Shown here: positions 15,752 to 20,050 of the stretch, piece by piece
How the letters are laid out: the number at the start of each line of letters is the position of its first letter
Position numbering within the stretch: the stretch's first letter is position 1
Assembly (NCBI GenBank): GCA_024275415.1
Contig: JAJRZD010000109.1
Location: forward strand, 1-20,050
Length of the DNA: 20,050 nt
Source of the DNA: an archaeon
GTDB lineage: Archaea > Asgardarchaeota > Thorarchaeia > Thorarchaeales > Thorarchaeaceae
Direction of reading: 5' to 3'
Translations under genes and position numbers: made by a program
The notes under the pieces: generated by a model
What the model saw: only the letters and a program-made list of their open reading frames with translations
What the model was told of the DNA's origin: nothing
Databases searched by the model: none

Positions 15752-16417
15752 GTGAAGATACTGGCAGTTTCTGATGTGCATTGCCCACGACACCTAGGAG
15801 AGTTCAGGGATGCACTTCGAATATGCAAAACACCAGATGTGATTCTACTGGCGGGGGATATGATCGAGGTTGGAAGGTGGACGGAGTACAAAAGAGTGAC
15901 GCACGCCATCTTCAACCAGTTTGATGATGTGCCAGTGCTTGCGTGCTTTGGGAATGACGAACAAGAAATGACAGTTCAGAGCGCGAGGGAACTTGTAGGA
16001 GAGAGTATCACCTTCCTAGACGGAGGAACTTGTGTGATTTCTGCAGGAAAGATGAAACTGGGAGTGCTTGGTGTTCCCCTTTTTGATAGCGCAAGGAATA
16101 CACACAATGGGAGTTTTGACAGAATTATCAGAAGGAGAGTCGGCAAGATGAGGAGAGGACTCGAAGATCTAAGGACAAGATGTGAGAGAGTCATCTTGCT
16201 TATGCATTATTCCCCGCTCACTCCTGAGGCATTTCCGGCGACATTCTCATGGTGGCTGTCATGTTCGTTCGAAAGAGTACGACCCGATATGATAATACAT
16301 GGCCACATCCACTATGCCACCAATCCAAACGTGATGATGCACGGCATTAAGATAGTCAATGTCGCCTTCCCTGCAACGAGAGAGATAATGGAAATAGTGA
16401 TAGAATCGGCAGAATAG
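15752..16417 (+). CDS. Calcineurin-like metallophosphoesterase, GNDE variant
   Basis: Motifs SDVH, AGDM, FGNDE (His of GNH[D/E] absent), MHY, HGHIH. Confidence 0.9.
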   Translation: MKILAVSDVHCPRHLGEFRDALRICKTPDVILLAGDMIEVGRWTEYKRVTHAIFNQFDDVPVLACFGNDEQEMTVQSARELVGESITFLDGGTCVISAGKMKLGVLGVPLFDSARNTHNGSFDRIIRRRVGKMRRGLEDLRTRCERVILLMHYSPLTPEAFPATFSWWLSCSFERVRPDMIIHGHIHYATNPNVMMHGIKIVNVAFPATREIMEIVIESAE

Positions 16418-16486
16418 GATACAAACTTCATTTGAGTTATTCATAACTGTGCAAAGAAGTTTTTTATTGCAGGAATGCCTTGAAGG

Positions 16487-16510
16487 TTCGAGTTCCGATA
16501 TGGACTCGAA
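16487..16510 (+). other. 9-bp hairpin between the phosphoesterase and the surface-protein gene
   Basis: TTCGAGT-t-CC gatat GGACTCGAA, ~40 nt upstream of the GAGGT SD at 16550-16554. Confidence 0.4.
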
Positions 16511-16561
16511 ACAAAATCTGTGAATGGTGGGAAATTTTCAGATTATGATGAGGTACAGAAC

Positions 16562-19500
16562 ATGTTACGCTTAAAGATGCAGCTAATCGTTATAGTATTC
16601 ATTTTAGTGCTCGCGTTTCCTACGCTAACAATCCCAAGTACAAACAATACCCACACATTAATTGAGGATTTCGCCTCGGAAACGCCGGAACATGAGATGG
16701 AATTCATGACCAATGAAACACTAGAGAATTTGCAGATAGATCATAAAGCGCAAAGATTTATTTCGCTTGATGGAACTACTATCGAATCGATGCCCAGTTT
16801 TGTTCTTGACGAAGACAGGTCACAAGGATCGGGCAAATCGCAAACACGCTTTATTACCACTGCTATCGATCAGAGCAAGCCAAATATCACTTCGTTCGCA
16901 TATCAGAATCTGTCGAGTGTGCAGGAAGACTATGTAACTTGGATGAAACCGAATGATACCGTCAGGCTCTGGTTCAAAGTGAAAGGACCTCTTTCACCAA
17001 GTGGGCCTGAGGTACACCTTAGATTTGATGGTATTGTAGATCAAAGTATGGATTGGGCATATTCACCAATTCTGGACGCTCAAATCAATAACCTAGTGGA
17101 TATCACTCAAAATGAGAGTGTATGGTTTTATGCCGAGGTGCTTTTGCCGATGGACACAGGGAGTAACTATGGATGGGGGAACGGGCTAATCAATGCGTTC
17201 GCCCCATCACTTTACCAACCTTATATCCTATTTGTACAAGATTTCGAGGAATTCTATGGAGGATTATATGACAAAAGCTCCTATCTTCACATGTTCGGAG
17301 AGATTCATATCAAAAAAGTGAACTGGTATAACTATACCTACGATGCTGCAAGTCCTGAATACATTCGGTGTACAGTAGCAGAAAGAAACTGGGCAGTGTT
17401 TGCCGAGTTCGAGTTCTGGGTATCTAATGCGCCTGTATGGGACATATCTTTCAAGACTTACTACCACAGAGAAATAGTGTTTTGGCCTGATGAGTCGATT
17501 CTTGTCAGTGATGATAATCTTCTTAGCAGATTAGACCCGGGACTGCACAAATATAGACCAGAACGCACAGGTTCATGGGTAGGATGGTTGCTAGAAGAAG
17601 ATTGGGCATATGGTAGTCTAATTGGGCAAACTCGCTGTTTGTATTCGACGTTGTTGCTCCTGAGTGGAGGACAATGGGGTGAGATATACAACTCAAAGGA
17701 AGAGGGAGAGGTACTGTTCCTTGTGGATAACATCCAAGAACAACCACCTCAGGTCGATATTCTAAGTCCGATGGAGGGGGAGGTGATATCACAATCCATT
17801 GCTACACTTAGAGCAATGATTTCCGATCCTAATGCAAACCAACAAATAACAGATGTGATAGTATACATTGATGGGGCTGGGGAGTCGGCGTATGACCTTT
17901 ATAATCCTATAACAGGTCTGTTTGAATACAACATTGATTTACAACAGAAGCTAGGAAAAGTTAACATCACCATTTTAGCTATTGATGGAACAGGACTAAG
18001 AAGCAATTCAACGGTTCTTGTCATTGTTGATAATCCTCTCAGCTATTTTCCGGCATCTTATACCTCTGAGTACATCCATTATGTTAAGACGCTCTCCAAT
18101 CAAAAATTCGAATGGGAATATCCTCTCAACTTTAACACGGGAACAGACTTGAACATATCTCTAATTCCTCGAGTCGAATTTGGATTCAATCTCTCCATTT
18201 CGCTTGATATTTACCATTCGAAGCCTACACTGACTTTCGCAGGTGAAGAATTCACCTCATATGTGAGCGTTTCGGACCCATCCATTGACCTCCGGATTTG
18301 GTTCAAGGTAGGGGTGGAATATGATATCTACCTGCAAACTTCACATATGGTGGGGGATGTCTACCTGATAGATGAGCAATGGGATTCCTCACAGACCATT
18401 CCCCTTGGTATTGAAATTCTCGACTTGCGGTATGATATTCCTGAATTGTCTAATTTTATCAGACGATACACACATTTTCAAAGAGATTTCCTTGATTACT
18501 TCCCAATATTGGGAGAGTTCGCAGACCTCGAACTGATAATAGACATCATTCCACTCCTGAAAATCTCAAACCTGCTAACGGCAGATGTTATAGGTACAAA
18601 TTGCGTTCCTGAAAAAGACTCGCTGCAATTTGTTAGTGATAAGATGTTTGCCCTAACAGGAGTGGTTGACAGTGCAGCAAGCGGCAACAGGGCGGATATC
18701 ATTCTTAGCAATGTAGCACTGGAATCAATTGTAGGACTTGACCTACGGGTCAATTTCACACTTAACGGTGGAATTTTAGGATACAGTCTTGTTAATATTG
18801 ACATCAATCAGTGGCTATTTGACAATCTCGGAATTGTAGTGCCATATCTGAGTCTTTGGAGCCCAAAGGTTACATCCCCAATCGCACAAGAAATTGCATT
18901 GGGAGTTGATGTTGCAGAACAGCAGCTGGATATAGAGATGATCCAAATATCCGCAGACAAGGACTTGATCAATGTGACCATACTTGTCGAAGATGAGTTG
19001 TATAACGGGGTTTCATCGGCATCAGTCACTGCTTCCAGCGACACGCTGTCGTACACAGTTAGCGAATCTGGGAATGGAAGGTATATGATTGAGATACCAT
19101 ATCGAACAGACAAATTCGATTTAGAGGTCTCCGTTTCCAAATCCGGATATATTGGTACTACTGAAATCTACACACTCTATATAGACCCTGTCACAGTGGA
19201 TTCAACCCCACCCTCAATTGAAGGGGTCACTATCAGTCCGGAAATGCCAAAATCGTCAGATGAAGTGACTGTTCGAGCTTCTATTATTGACGACCTAACT
19301 TACATCGTTGCACCAAGGATGCATTATAGTCTTGATGATGGACATTCGTGGACTGTTGTGAACATGTCTTTAGTTTCCGGGACTACATTTGAGGCCAAGA
19401 TTCCAGTGACATCTGAAAATACCAAGGTGCTACTTTTCATCAGCGTTTCTGATGCAGCAGGAAATCAAATATCATCAGCCCAATATTCCTATACTGTTTC

Positions 19501-19684
19501 AGGAACAGGAACCACTACGACTGATACTACGTCGACTGATACCATGTCTAGATCAGGAGAAACAGTTACATCGGATTCGACCTATCAGCCAGACAATGGA
19601 ATGCTAGGAACAATGGTCATTGGAGTTGCTGTGGGATTGTCCTTTGTTGTCCTGTTGGTCATCCTGTGGAAACGAAACAGATAA
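16562..19684 (+). CDS. Large cell-surface protein (~1040 aa): signal peptide, Ig-like domains, Ser/Thr linker, C-terminal TM anchor
   Basis: GAGGT SD before ATG 16562; signal MLRLKMQLIVIVFILVLAFPTL; Ig-like PPQVDILSPMEGEVIS and DSTPPSIEGVTISP...SDAAGN; T/S-rich spacer; MLGTMVIGVAVGLSFVVLLVILWKRNR. Confidence 0.88.
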   Translation: MLRLKMQLIVIVFILVLAFPTLTIPSTNNTHTLIEDFASETPEHEMEFMTNETLENLQIDHKAQRFISLDGTTIESMPSFVLDEDRSQGSGKSQTRFITTAIDQSKPNITSFAYQNLSSVQEDYVTWMKPNDTVRLWFKVKGPLSPSGPEVHLRFDGIVDQSMDWAYSPILDAQINNLVDITQNESVWFYAEVLLPMDTGSNYGWGNGLINAFAPSLYQPYILFVQDFEEFYGGLYDKSSYLHMFGEIHIKKVNWYNYTYDAASPEYIRCTVAERNWAVFAEFEFWVSNAPVWDISFKTYYHREIVFWPDESILVSDDNLLSRLDPGLHKYRPERTGSWVGWLLEEDWAYGSLIGQTRCLYSTLLLLSGGQWGEIYNSKEEGEVLFLVDNIQEQPPQVDILSPMEGEVISQSIATLRAMISDPNANQQITDVIVYIDGAGESAYDLYNPITGLFEYNIDLQQKLGKVNITILAIDGTGLRSNSTVLVIVDNPLSYFPASYTSEYIHYVKTLSNQKFEWEYPLNFNTGTDLNISLIPRVEFGFNLSISLDIYHSKPTLTFAGEEFTSYVSVSDPSIDLRIWFKVGVEYDIYLQTSHMVGDVYLIDEQWDSSQTIPLGIEILDLRYDIPELSNFIRRYTHFQRDFLDYFPILGEFADLELIIDIIPLLKISNLLTADVIGTNCVPEKDSLQFVSDKMFALTGVVDSAASGNRADIILSNVALESIVGLDLRVNFTLNGGILGYSLVNIDINQWLFDNLGIVVPYLSLWSPKVTSPIAQEIALGVDVAEQQLDIEMIQISADKDLINVTILVEDELYNGVSSASVTASSDTLSYTVSESGNGRYMIEIPYRTDKFDLEVSVSKSGYIGTTEIYTLYIDPVTVDSTPPSIEGVTISPEMPKSSDEVTVRASIIDDLTYIVAPRMHYSLDDGHSWTVVNMSLVSGTTFEAKIPVTSENTKVLLFISVSDAAGNQISSAQYSYTVSGTGTTTTDTTSTDTMSRSGETVTSDSTYQPDNGMLGTMVIGVAVGLSFVVLLVILWKRNR

Positions 19685-19696
19685 CCGTTTCAAGTT

Positions 19697-19736
19697 GAAT
19701 GCTCCGAATACGGGGCATTCTCCCATTTTCTTTTTC
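19697..19736 (+). terminator. Stem-loop plus U-tract terminator after the surface-protein gene
   Basis: GAATGCTCCG-AATA-CGGGGCATTC, 10-bp stem with one G-U pair, followed by CCCATTTTCTTTTT. Confidence 0.7.
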
Positions 19737-19792
19737 TGTGCAAACAAAACATGATTAGAGCCTTTGTGTATATCTTCATGGGATAGATACTG

Positions 19793-20050
19793 ATGAAACT
19801 AAAAGGCATGGAGAAGTTTCGAGAGAAGCTCCCCGGATATCCGGGGAACAGGATTCTGCTTCTCCCATTACGTGGACTCGTAATAGCGACTGTCGGATAC
19901 ATATTTCTCATTGGCCTGGATGTACTCCCTCGTGTGTTCGTGGGTGTTCCCATTCTGGCTGCAATAGAGCCTTTCTTGCCAGTCATTGGAAGCGTCATCA
20001 TTGCAGGGATCTCACTCAGATTGATCGGGATGATGTGGTATCGCAAGGAC
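19793..20050 (+). CDS. Multi-pass membrane protein, 3'-truncated; possibly isoprenylcysteine carboxylmethyltransferase/PEMT-like
   Basis: My translation from ATG 19793: MKLKGMEKFREKLPGYPGNRILLLPLRGLVIATVGYIFLIGLDVLPRVFVGVPILAAIEPFLPVIGSVIIAGISLRLIGMMWYRKD..., open to the window end. Absent from the ORF track, probably because it has no stop. The family guess is weak because the diagnostic C-terminus is outside the window. Confidence 0.75.
   Translation, partial: MKLKGMEKFREKLPGYPGNRILLLPLRGLVIATVGYIFLIGLDVLPRVFVGVPILAAIEPFLPVIGSVIIAGISLRLIGMMWYRKD

Noticed and set aside
15487-15774. In-frame continuation MYDPPENPDEPW-stop-LPRRISS... as a readthrough or pseudogene
   Set aside because: The stop is TAA (not a Sec/Pyl codon), the product has no motif, and it overlaps the next gene start; RNA structure explains the region better.
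16484-16496. GGTTCGAGTTCC resembling a tRNA T-loop
   Set aside because: No acceptor, D or anticodon arms; it is one arm of a simple hairpin.
19690-20046. 118-aa minus-strand ORF from the track
   Set aside because: Antisense shadow of the membrane-protein gene starting at + 19793; it also runs across the terminator hairpin.

Overview
Gene-dense archaeal window. GGTGA/GAGGTG Shine-Dalgarno motifs, TATA-like boxes, tandem Lrp/AsnC, a DUF6293-like CARF-wHTH and a Thermococcus-type subtilisin point to Archaea; the gene mix suggests an Asgard, Thorarchaeia-like host (inference only). Left to right: a 5'-truncated fdhD; a Cys/His-rich hypothetical; a secreted-hydrolase block (heavily N-glycosylatable lamin-tail + gluzincin protease, tandem Lrp regulator, two small exported proteins, Zn-dependent phospholipase C/S1-P1 enzyme, and a divergent Tk-subtilisin-like S8 protease that appears to lack its propeptide, with a perfect 12-bp inverted repeat in the shared promoter); several small or membrane genes; a signalling block (lone receiver domain, CARF-like wHTH with a degenerate ligand motif, a second tandem-Lrp protein with an extra N-terminal domain, a structured intergenic RNA candidate, and a GNDE-type metallophosphoesterase); a ~1040-aa C-terminally anchored surface protein; and a 3'-truncated membrane protein on the + strand that the ORF track missed. 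No tRNA, rRNA, CRISPR array or transposase was seen. All family assignments come from motif recognition by eye; no searches were run.
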